From positions 40,858,001-40,922,000 of the forward strand of contig OZ024746.1 in the NCBI GenBank assembly GCA_964016885.1: a stretch of DNA of 64,000 nt, given 5' to 3'. Shown piece after piece: positions 13,371 through 24,939 of this stretch. Every line of letters starts with the position of its first letter. Position 1 is the stretch's first letter. The notes below the pieces were generated by a model. That model had not been told where the DNA came from. It saw only the letters and a list, made by a program, of their open reading frames with translations, and made no database searches. The position numbers were made by a program, and so were the translations under genes. This DNA comes from Eledone cirrhosa. Taxonomy: Eukaryota.

Positions 13371-14260
13371 TATTTGTTAGTTTTATATACATATATAGTT
13401 CAAGAATAAATAAGACAAATATGCAAAAACAGTCTCTCTCCCTCCCCCTCTCTCTCTATATATGTATATATGTGTGTGCGCGCGCGCGCGTATAGAGACC
13501 ACGGTGTTGAGAAGGCTTGCTAAACACACAAGCCGAAACCGCTTGGCGCCGTGGTTGGGATTTTACTAAACAATTAGTTTACACATCCGTTCATAATTTT
13601 CATTGCAACTACAATATATTTCTTAAAATCACTGAAATTATTGCAGCGTTTTAACTGACAAAGTTTATTTTGTTTTCTCCGTCTCCATCGCTTCATTCAT
13701 TTTATCTTTTCCGTATTCCCCAGTTCTTCTTCCTCCAATTCTTTCTGTTTCCCAACGCCTGCTGGCCTTGTTTTTGAAGTTGTGCTTCGGCTTAGAGTTT
13801 TTATATTCCTTTTCCCTTATGAATAAATCTCTCTGAACTCTTTCCCTCACAAAATCTTTCTCTGTACTACACGTTGTCCTATACCGTCTAGGCTATATTT
13901 TGTCTCTTGGTTCTTACTATCACGAAAACTCTCTCTTAACTCTTTCCATCACTAAAACTCTCTCTGTGCCATATTTCTGTATTATACCGTCAAGACGACT
14001 AATATTTTATCTCTTAATTCTTTCTATAATTAAAACTGTCTCTTAATTCTTTCAATCACTAAAGCTCTCTTAACTCTTTCCATCACTAAAACTCTGTGTC
14101 ACACTTCTGAGTTATACCGTCTAGACTAGGGTTTCCCCCAGTCAAATTTTGTTTACGTTCACAAAACGAATTTTTCATTTGCAACTGATATTCTACAATT
14201 CGAATGAAAAATTAACAATGTTTTTAAAGTTTTATGACTAAAATCAATATAAATTTATTA

Positions 14261-14339
<79 letters not shown>

Positions 14340-15215
14340 GAAAGGTATAGAAAACATTATAGCAAGAAGCCAACAGTATTCCATATATATATATATATAT
14401 ATACTTTTTTAAAGGAATAAACCCTTGACTATTTTTCAAATTAAATTAAAAAAAAAAAAAGAAACCCTACGATCAATTCATTTTTTTATTTTATTTTTAA
14501 TATGAATAATTGAATTTGACAAGTTGGCAGAAGAAAATACACTTTTATACTGCTCATATTCAAATATTCGTTGTGAAATAGGCACTAGCATACATAATGT
14601 TCTAAACCGAGAATTTTAATTAATTAAAATTGCATATTTAAAGACATGTCATTATATATACAAACCTTGTATTTGAAAAAATCATGACTGGGTTTGTTAT
14701 ATTGCGCTTTTTGAAAACAATAAGAATAACACGAGGGTAAACAATATGAAATGGACCTCCGTTGGTTTCAACGATGATTGTCTCAGGGAGATTGTGCGTG
14801 ACAGTGTGTCAAAGCTGACTCTTAGAATTACAGGTGCTGTCCATCCGACTAGCTTCCAGTTGCCATCTACCCAATTTTACTCACAAAGGCATAGATCGAC
14901 CCGAGGCTATGGTAAATGGCACTTGTTCGTGTCACACAGTGGGATCGAACCCAAGACCTAATGGTTGTGAAGCGAATTTCTTAAATATTCCGCTATGCTT
15001 GATACGTTTACACAGCATTAATAATTATATACGCTATTAATAATTATGTGGTATGAGTTACATCACCGACTGACCCATCTGAGTTACACACAAGACGTCG
15101 GAATTTGTTTCCATTCCTTGAGTACTTGGACCTTGCAGAAATGAGGAGAGTCATTACGTCAGTCGCTATAGAACGCCAAACCACAACAAACACTATATTT
15201 TTTTTTATCACATCG

Positions 15216-15307
15216 CCAGTCTGAAGAGCAGATCGATAATGGAGTTGGGCCCAACTCCTATGGGTGACCTTGAGCCAATCCTCTGTGAAACGCGCGTAAC
15301 GGGTCGA
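15216..15307 (+). ncRNA. Putative type I hammerhead ribozyme (Penelope-type, palindromic stem III loop)
   Basis: ccagt-CTGAAGA-gcaga[long stem II]tctgt-GAAAC-GCGC-GTA-acggg; core intact, one stem I mismatch. Confidence 0.65.
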
Positions 15308-15957
15308 AACAATGAAAATATTATACAAGTAAACGAAACTTCCTCATTTTTTTCTAAATGTGAGCACTCGATGCGTAGTTTCCAGTAAGTATAGCGATAT
15401 AGAACAAAGCAGATGTAATAACAATAAAAAGGACGATATGTTATGTCTTCATTACGTTTATTGAGTAGTGACTCGTGTTTCGCTATTGCTCAGCTCAAGG
15501 TTCGATCTGTATCGATCTACTCTACTCTGGAATCAAAAGCTCGTCGGATGTAATGATATATATATGTATGTATAATATATTTGGCAATATACCGTATGTT
15601 GAATTAAAAACATTTAGAAGGCCATACGCTATCAGTTTTAAAGTAGTGACTATGTCACTTCTTTTCGGCGAAAGAAGAAAGAGAAGCTGACAATATGTTT
15701 CACACTGGTTGGCAAAAGCTGGATTCTTATAGAATTCCAGTAATAATCAGGAGCTGATTATACAGAGCGATTGCTTGTCCAGCAAAAATTAGGTATTAGG
15801 ATTGGTGCTCTGAAATAGCGATGTATGTATAGTATATTTGGCAATATACCATGAAAGGGAGCAAGAGAAACAAGAAGAAAAATCTTAACAGCTCGTGGCA
15901 GCTCCTCATTATTACTGGAATGCTATAAGAATCCAGCTTCTATAATTTTCGGCGAAA

Positions 15958-16024
15958 GAAGGGGAGCATGTAGCTCTGGTGAACACCAACCAGCGTGAAA
16001 CAGACTGTCAGCTTCTCTCCCTTC
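15958..16024 (+). ncRNA. Degenerate type I hammerhead ribozyme
   Basis: agct-CTGGTGA-ac..gt-GAAAC-AGACT-GTC-agct; the distal stem gaaggggag/ctctccttc also pairs; core position A6 is G. Confidence 0.5.
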
Positions 16025-16177
16025 TTTCACCGAAAAAAGTAAGTGACATAGTCACTACTTTAAAACTGGTAGCGTATCGTCTTCTAAATGTTTTTAATTA
16101 AACATACGGTATATTGCTAAATATACTATACATACATTCATGTATACATCGCTATTTCAGAGCACTAATCTTAATAG

Positions 16178-16224
<47 letters not shown>

Positions 16225-16693
16225 ATGAGGAGATTCAGTAGGTTTGTGGTTTACCGAGGAAGGTAGCAATATTACCATCTGTGCTATAGAAGAGTGTACA
16301 CATTAAGAACAAAACGAAGTTTCACATTGAGTTTTTTATTGATTAGGCTCAGTTCCGATCGTTTCACGGATGGGTGGCTCAGGACCCATATCACTGCTAT
16401 AGACCTGACTCCAGCTCCAATCTCATCAGCCTTGTTAACCAGGCAAAGCCAAACTCATCTGAGCCTAATCAATAAAAACATCAATATGAAACCTCGTTTT
16501 GGTCATTATATATATAATTAATAAAGGAAACAAAACAAACACAGGAATGTAAAAATAGTTATATTAGGTTCACACTTGGAGGAAACGAGACAGACACACA
16601 CACACACAGACATATATATATATATATATATATGTCATATAATGTATGTGTGTATGTATAAATTATTGAATGCGGTAAGCAACAAAAATGTAA

Positions 16694-18495
16694 TCTATAT
16701 ATATAAAACAGAGGATGTCTGTCTCTGTGTCTGTTTCCCTGAAACTCGAGAAGTACCCAACCGTTTTTTTTCAAACTCTACACATGTACCCCGTATGGCC
16801 CCGGAAGTGTTTTGAGCAAAACAAAATTTCAAATTATTCTGACCTAGAGATCGAATTAGTGAAGTGGCCAATGTCTGTACATAATGAAGGAGTGAGAGGG
16901 GAGAGTTTTTCGATAGAGGGGAGAAATGTGAACGAGTTACAGAGAGAAAGAGTGAGAGTGAAAGAAACAGACAGACTAAAAGAGGGGGGTAGCGGGAGAG
17001 AGAGAGAGAGAGAGTGACAGACGCCGTCTTTTGAGAGTTGTATGCGTCAAAGATACATGACAGTGGAATAACTATTGCGTGTGTGTGTGAGTTTGTATGC
17101 GTTTGCATGTGTGAGTGTGTATGTGTGCGTGAGTGATTATAAACTCTCTCACATGGTCTGATGGAATTAACCCTTTAGCATTTACATTACTCTATATATA
17201 CTATATTATTTTCGTGGTAAAGGCTTTATCTCACATAATATAAAAATCTCATAGATTTAATATTATTTATTTTGAGAACAATACCTTAACCCTTTAGTAT
17301 TAATGTGAGTGAGTTATAAAGAGAAAGAGTGAGAGTGAAAGAAACAGACAGACTAAAAGAGGGGGGTAGCGGAAGAGAGAGAGAGAGAGAGAGACGCTGG
17401 AAGAGGGGAAGGAAAGTTATATGTCTTGCTGTCTGCATTACATATATACACACACACACACTGATCGCGTCATAATGTCGTAATGCAGACAGACATACAG
17501 ACATATATTATAAGGGCGCAACGTTATATCTATGTATCTATCTAAAAAGAAAGACTAATAATTATAGAGAGAGATCGCTAAATCGCATAATGCGGTCCCT
17601 AGAGCATTGAAAATTTGAAATATTTTTTGCTCAAAACACTCACAGGACCATAAGTATTACATGTGTAAAGTTTGAAAACAATCGGTTGGGTGGTTCTCAA
17701 GTTTTAGTGAGCTGACAGACAGACATTCTCTGTTTTAGATATATAGATATATATATAATTATATATTCGTGTACAGATATTTTTGCATACACAATAACAA
17801 AATATAAATAAACGTATTTATTTCACGAGGCTCAATAAGGATAAGTATATATCAAATATATAAGCACCCTAGAGCAAATCCCGAGTAACGCCGGGCCATT
17901 CTGCTAGTCTATATATATAAAACTGAGGATGTCTGTATGTGTGTGTGTGAGTTTGAATCCCTAAAACTAGAGAACCACCCAACCGACTGTTTTCAAACTT
18001 TTCACATATAATACTTATGTTTCAGAGAGTGTTCTGAGCAAAAAGAATTTCAAATTTTCAATGCTCTAGGGACCGCATTAGGCGATTTAGCGATCTCTCT
18101 CTATAATTCTTAGTGTTTCTCTTTTTAGATAGATGCATATGACGTCGCACCCTTATAATATCTGTCTGTATGTCTGGCTGTCTGCATTACGTCACTTCCT
18201 ACAATTCACTCTGCGTCTAGAACGCGCACTTATAATATCTGTCTGTATGTCTGGCTGTCTGCTGCATCCAGTTATTCTGCCACCCTTGCTCAAGACAAAT
18301 CTCACACTAATTCCCCAAACAGTTGGTAAGTACACACAACTTCTTCCTCACGTTTTAAGCCACAGTATTGCTTACTTACGTACCACCAGACCCTTACTTC
18401 TTTGCCAGCCGTGGTTGTGACATTACTAAGCTTAGCTAAGGCGGTTATATATTTCACAATGCCTTATCCCGTGCAACGCCGGGTACCACTGCTAG
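16694..18495 (+). mobile_element. Composite of non-autonomous Helitrons (tandem 16694-17907 and 17908-18495, plus an inverted 5' copy at ~17470-17747)
   Basis: 5' TCtatatatataaaac; 3' GC hairpin cccg..aacgccggg + ctgCTAG twice; outer A/T target (A16693, T18496). Confidence 0.85.
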
Positions 18496-18732
18496 TTTAA
18501 AATAAATATCCAGTGAGAAGACTATACCGATAAGTTCGACAAGTGCGGGAGATAACTCTAAACAAGTTTCAGTCTTACTGAGAAGTCTTGGCGAAGAAGT
18601 ACTGCCTTTATTTTACTTGCCGAAGTAGTAATGAAAGAATTAGTATGTTGATGTACAGTATATTTATATTCAAGAAATAAACCATTGGAGAAAATTTGAT
18701 TTTCTCGTTAGTTTAACTAAATACATTCATAT

Positions 18733-18809
<77 letters not shown>

Positions 18810-18889
18810 GTGTGTGTGTGTATATATATGTATATATATATTATAAGTACAGATTAAAGTTTAAGCAAAAAATCGCTGCTTTCACCCTT

Positions 18890-18992
<103 letters not shown>

Positions 18993-19256
18993 AATATATA
19001 TATCTACACAAATATACGCATCGAGTGTTCACTTTGGTGAACCTACAGTTACTCGACGTCACATACAGACGCACGCACATATATTGGATTGGTCATAATT
19101 TTTGCAATATAATCCTTAGAGATAAAGCACCGGAAACTATCTCGGGTTTATAACTACAAAATTATTTTAGAGGAAGGGAAGAAATATATTCATATATAGA
19201 ATTTAATTAATTCCTATATTTACCCACTCCATCACCCCCCTCTCTCTCTCTCTATA

Positions 19257-19308
<52 letters not shown>

Positions 19309-19311
<3 letters not shown>

Positions 19312-22300
19312 TTATTAAGATAACAGATTAAAGTTTAAGCAAAGATACCTAAAACTCCTGATACAGAAAACAGACGCGTTCATTAAAAGGTTGCGTTGGC
19401 GTGCCTTTTATTTCGATAATCCGCGAAAAGCAGACAACAAACAGGATAAATTTGGATTTAAAACCTATAATAAGCCCCCGTGGAACCCAGCACTGCTACC
19501 CTTCGAAAATGATGTCTTGGAACTCATTCGGAGTATCAAATTTCGGAATAGGAGCAATTCCTTCCAGCAAGACCTGAAGAATAGAATTCGTTCTATTAAG
19601 GATTCTAACGCCGTGCACGTCCATTCCGACAAAACTGGCAACCTATATCAAGTGGAGCGCAGTACTTACCATCAACTACTACATAATGCTGTAACTAAGG
19701 ATTACCGTAAAACTAATCGGTGCGTCATCAATGAAATCAACGATGCTGGGTTTAAAATCACATCTGATCTCAACATCCTGGACCGGACCGAACCTCTGGA
19801 CCCTATTTCTCCACACTTTACCCTGAAGGATCACAAATCCAATTTTCCGAAAAACCCCTCTATTCGGCTTATTAACCCTACGAAGTCCGATTTAGGTAGA
19901 CTTAGTAAAACGATTCTTGATAGAATTATACCTGAAATTAGAAGTTTGGCCCCTCTTGCACTGTGGAACAATTCTTTCGCGGTGATTGATTGGTTCAACG
20001 GCATATGTAACAAGGAACATTGCCGTTTTATCCAATTCGACATCAACAATTACTACTCCTCCATCACTTTACCACTTCTCCTCAGAGCTATCAATTTCGC
20101 TAAAACACTCACAGTGGTTAAAGACTTCGAAGTTGATGTCATCCTCAATGCCCGAAAGTCGGTGATTAATTTCGACGACTCTATTTGGATTAAAAAATCC
20201 AATAGTACCCCATTCGACGTGAGTATGGGCGCCAGTGACTCTGCGGAGGTTAATGATCTTATTGGCCTTTTCCTTCTTTTCTCTATCAAGGACGAATTCC
20301 CCAACGCGGGCGGTGGTTTGTACCGTGGCGATGGTCTTTTAACCATGACTAAGTGCGGACCTCGTGCTTGCGACAGGTTCAGAAAAGAACTCAGAGCCTT
20401 CTTTAAAGGCTTCAACCTCTCTATACAGGTTGAGGCCAATCTCTCGGTCGTTAATTACCTCGACGTTACCCTCAATTTATTGAATGGTTTGTATTACCCG
20501 TATAGAAAGCCGAATGACACGCTTAATTACATAAGTAAGCATTCCTACCATCCTGCCAGCATAACCAAGAACCTGGTAAGAAACGTTTCGTTGAGGCTTT
20601 CCCGTCTTTCCACCAACGAGCGTATTTTCAACGACCATTCCACTTATTACAATGAAGCTCTTGCTCGAAGTGGATTTGTCGATAAGGTAGCATATACAGA
20701 GTACGAAAATAGACCTAGAAGAAATAGATCCCGTCGCATTTGTTGGTATAACCCATCATATAATATGGAGGTGGCCACACCTTTAGCTAAGATCTTTCTT
20801 TCCCTTATTACGAAGCATTTTCCCCCTACACATAAATATAGTAAAATTTTTAATAGAAATACTATTAAAATTTCTTACTCTACGACTCCTAACCTTGCAC
20901 ATAACATCACAGCTTCAAATTTAGCTAAACTACCTAGCCGTCGGAACACGTGCAACCCAGTAGTTAGTACTAACTGTAATTGTAGGAATCGGGCTGATTG
21001 CCCCCTATCCGGGAAATGCCTCTCTAGTAACATTGTCTACAAATGTAAGGTTGTAACACCCACGTCCCGTAGGGCCTACATAGGGTTAACCGCCAATAGT
21101 TTCAAGCAGCGTCTTTACATGCATACCCATTCTTTTCGTTACCCTCTAAGAAGGAATATGACGTCACTTTCAGCTTATATCTGGAGTCTAAAAGACAACC
21201 ACACCCAATATAAGTTACACTGGGAGATCCTAGCTAGGGCTAGATCGTATAACGGAAATAAAAGACCATGTGACCTCTGCGCCGCTGAGGCCCTGGAAAT
21301 ACTCTACGCCATAGACCACATCTTAAACAAAAAATCTGAAGCAATTTCGGCTTGTAAACATAAATTGCACAAAACTTTCCTGTATTACAGCCCCACGTTA
21401 TACCCTAACGGATAGTACGATCTATACGTGGATATTTTACGTCTTGATGTGGGAGCTAAGTATATGTTTTGTTTATTCCTTTACTTATTTGCATAGGTAA
21501 GTATATATTACCCGTATGTTTTGTGAAGGTACGTATACCTTCTCGTACGTATATTTGATTGTTATGGCGTATAATTTTATATATTCTGGTACATATGGTT
21601 TGGCTATGTGTATACGGGAGTTTTGCGTCTGTGTGAGTATGCAGGTTCGTACGTATGGTGGGTGTGTGTATATGCGTACTTCATGTTTTAGTTGACTTAC
21701 GTCTCCGAACATTCATGTATTTATATGTAGGTATGTGTGTGCGCTTGTTATATACGTATTTATTTATTTATATACGTTTATATAATTATTTATTTATTTG
21801 TATACACGCATACACACACACACATATTTATATGTGCGTGGTTTTGTATACCTATGGTAAGTTTTGCGTATGCTTGTGTATGTACGTATTTGTTTGCGTG
21901 TATGTATTTATTTATTTCTATTACTTCTGTATTGTATTTATTTACTTTGTTCTTAACTCTGTAGCGGAGATTCATTTGGTCTCCTAGTTAGAATTTTAGT
22001 CTACGACTTCTGCTATACCATTTACGTGGTTGTGTCTTTGCGTGCTATTGTTCTCCACGCTCCACATATGACGTATTATCTTCGTTTTTTCGTTCATTGC
22101 CAGAGAACGTCTCTATGCACCACCTAAGAGAACATTAGTCTATGACCTCTTTTATACCATAAACGTGGTTCTGTCTTTGCGCGTAATTGTTTTTCACCGC
22201 TCCTATTAATGACGTATTATTCGTTCTTTCCCGTTCTTTGCCAGCGAACGTTTCCACGAACCAAAGTATCGTCTTCCTGTCTTTCTCCGGTTGCAACGTT

Positions 22301-22500
22301 TTTTGAAATATCCAGTTCTGCGTTTACAGATTGACTTTGTTAGTTTCAGAAGATCCCGTTAAGGGTGAAAGCAGCGATTCTTTGCTTAAACTTTAATCTG
22401 TTATCTTAATAAATATTTGCTCTACGGTTCTTATATATTTGATATATATTTATCCTTATCGAGCCCTCTTTGGATTTTAGTCTTCAAATTTATTATTATT
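19309..22500 (+). mobile_element. Penelope-like element (Naiad/Chlamys-type), slightly 5'-truncated, with a short inverted pseudo-LTR at the 5' end, inserted next to (TA)n
   Basis: RT + GIY-YIG ORF. 19309-19345 is the exact reverse complement of 22379-22415. Hammerhead-like remnant at 22347-22380 and AATAAA near 22408. Flanks are TA-rich. Confidence 0.9.
19346..21415 (+). CDS. Penelope-like RT-GIY-YIG polyprotein (no ATG, 5'-truncated; RT catalytic YRDD reads YRGD)
   Basis: Frame is open from the inversion junction (YLKLLIQKTDAFIKRLRWRA). Motifs: SDKTGNLY, IRLINP, FIQFDINNYYSSI, FDVSMGASDSAEV, LYRGDG, NYLDVTL, CNCRNRADCPLSGKC, IVY..AYIGLT..FKQR, CDLC. TAG stop. Confidence 0.88.
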   Translation, partial: YLKLLIQKTDAFIKRLRWRAFYFDNPRKADNKQDKFGFKTYNKPPWNPALLPFENDVLELIRSIKFRNRSNSFQQDLKNRIRSIKDSNAVHVHSDKTGNLYQVERSTYHQLLHNAVTKDYRKTNRCVINEINDAGFKITSDLNILDRTEPLDPISPHFTLKDHKSNFPKNPSIRLINPTKSDLGRLSKTILDRIIPEIRSLAPLALWNNSFAVIDWFNGICNKEHCRFIQFDINNYYSSITLPLLLRAINFAKTLTVVKDFEVDVILNARKSVINFDDSIWIKKSNSTPFDVSMGASDSAEVNDLIGLFLLFSIKDEFPNAGGGLYRGDGLLTMTKCGPRACDRFRKELRAFFKGFNLSIQVEANLSVVNYLDVTLNLLNGLYYPYRKPNDTLNYISKHSYHPASITKNLVRNVSLRLSRLSTNERIFNDHSTYYNEALARSGFVDKVAYTEYENRPRRNRSRRICWYNPSYNMEVATPLAKIFLSLITKHFPPTHKYSKIFNRNTIKISYSTTPNLAHNITASNLAKLPSRRNTCNPVVSTNCNCRNRADCPLSGKCLSSNIVYKCKVVTPTSRRAYIGLTANSFKQRLYMHTHSFRYPLRRNMTSLSAYIWSLKDNHTQYKLHWEILARARSYNGNKRPCDLCAAEALEILYAIDHILNKKSEAISACKHKLHKTFLYYSPTLYPNG

Positions 22501-22513
22501 ACTATATATATAT

Positions 22514-22700
22514 AATTGTTTCTACATTTGGCACAAGGCCAGCAATTATCCTAGTGTATTACTGGTACTTTATTTTATCGACCCCGTAAGGATGAAAGGC
22601 AAAGTTAACCCCGGCGGGATTTGAACTCAGACCATAAAGGGCCGTAACTCTTTGCTGCAAAGCATGGCGTCCGACCCTCTATCGATACTTCCAATCCACC
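22514..22700 (-). mobile_element. Full-length tRNA-derived SINE
   Basis: Reverse complement matches the copy at 53524-53716. Confidence 0.85.
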
Positions 22701-22724
22701 GTATATATATATATATGAAACAAT

Positions 22725-22757
<33 letters not shown>

Positions 22758-22809
22758 GTGTGTGTGTGTAATATATATATATATGTATGTATATATATAT
22801 ATATATGTG

Positions 22810-23634
22810 TGTAGCGAAATCTGTCTGCGCCTTGAACCTTGGATGACACCTAAAGGTCAAATTCTAAGTCATCACCCTTTTGGTGTAGACAGGTTGATGT
22901 GTTGACTATCTCCTCAAGGGGGGGGGGGGGGAGACAGGAAGCGATAGGTATATAAAGCCTATATTTTTCCACCTTAGAAACAGAGACATCGGAGCGCTAG
23001 GATACACAACAAATTATGTAAAGATTAACCGCTAATTTCAGACCCCAGAGGTCTACAGAAAGGCCAGATACATCGGAGCATTACACCTATAACAAACTAT
23101 GTAAGGATTCAATAGACCCCAGTGGTCTATACAGCCAGCGACATCGGAGCATTACGCTAGCAACTAACTATGTAAAGATTCACCACTATCAACAAACCCC
23201 AGTGGTCTACAGAAATACCCAGAGCGATTGGAGCCCTATTACTACAGAACACAAATGTGGAAGATTTACCGCTGTTTGCAGGCCACGGTAGTTCACAGTT
23301 ACGACAGACCATAACAAAGGTATACAAACCATATATCTCTAACTAGCTACGGTCTCACAACTACTACCACGGACTCCAAATTCCAACAACAACAACAACA
23401 CTTATCTGTCGCTCGCTGTTTTCACATCAACAACAAAATAATATTGTCAATCTTTGCAACTTATGGTAACTTGTTTATTGTACCTTTTAATTGATTAAAT
23501 GAAGTAAACCATATATATAAACCAAATCATTTATTCTTTATATTCTCGTTATTACATTTATTATTATTATCATTTCATCTATTATACTTGTTAATTCATC
23601 CAATAACAATTTCTTATTTATACCCTTCGTTAAA
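22810..23634 (+). mobile_element. Probable solo LTR with internal ~70-85 bp tandem repeats
   Basis: Starts TGTAGCGA; TATA box tatataaag near 22949; four acatcggagc-type repeat units; possible ends ..tcgttattaCA (23556) or cttcgttaaa (~23634); flanked by TA/TG microsatellite; no clear TSD. Confidence 0.45.
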
Positions 23635-23638
23635 TATA

Positions 23639-24394
<756 letters not shown>

Positions 24395-24454
24395 CATACA
24401 TATATATATACACATACATATATATATATATATACATGTATGTATGTATGTGTA

Positions 24455-24490
<36 letters not shown>

Positions 24491-24501
24491 TGTATGTATG
24501 T

Positions 24502-24596
<95 letters not shown>

Positions 24597-24880
24597 AAGT
24601 CGTTTTCCTCACTGGTTAACGAAAATGTGTACTCTGGTCAGCTGGCTTCGAATTTTCGTAATTTGAACTTAGTTGTTCATTGAGTGAATGGGGGAACGGC
24701 TGAATCTACGTCCGTTCTTTTCGACTAGCTTTGTCTCCTAATTATATATATATATGAGCATGCAAGGTAGAGCGCTCAACGAGAAAACAACACCATACTT
24801 CGAGACTGGGCGTATCAAAGGATCGAAATAACGGAGATAAACATCATTATGTTTTTCTGTTTTTTTCTGTTCAAATTCTA

Positions 24881-24939
24881 GCTGTCTGATGAGGTCATAG
24901 GTGTTGAATAATAGTTATCACAGAAATATATATAACAGC
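24881..24939 (+). ncRNA. Putative hammerhead ribozyme remnant
   Basis: gctgt-CTGATGA-[30 nt]-GAAA-TATATA-TA-acagc; perfect 5-bp stem I, weak stem II; AATAAA downstream. Confidence 0.5.

Noticed and set aside
19391-22300. Selenoprotein-type Naiad (UGA recoding plus SECIS)
   Set aside because: No in-frame TGA, the stop is TAG, and there is no convincing SECIS in the 3' UTR.
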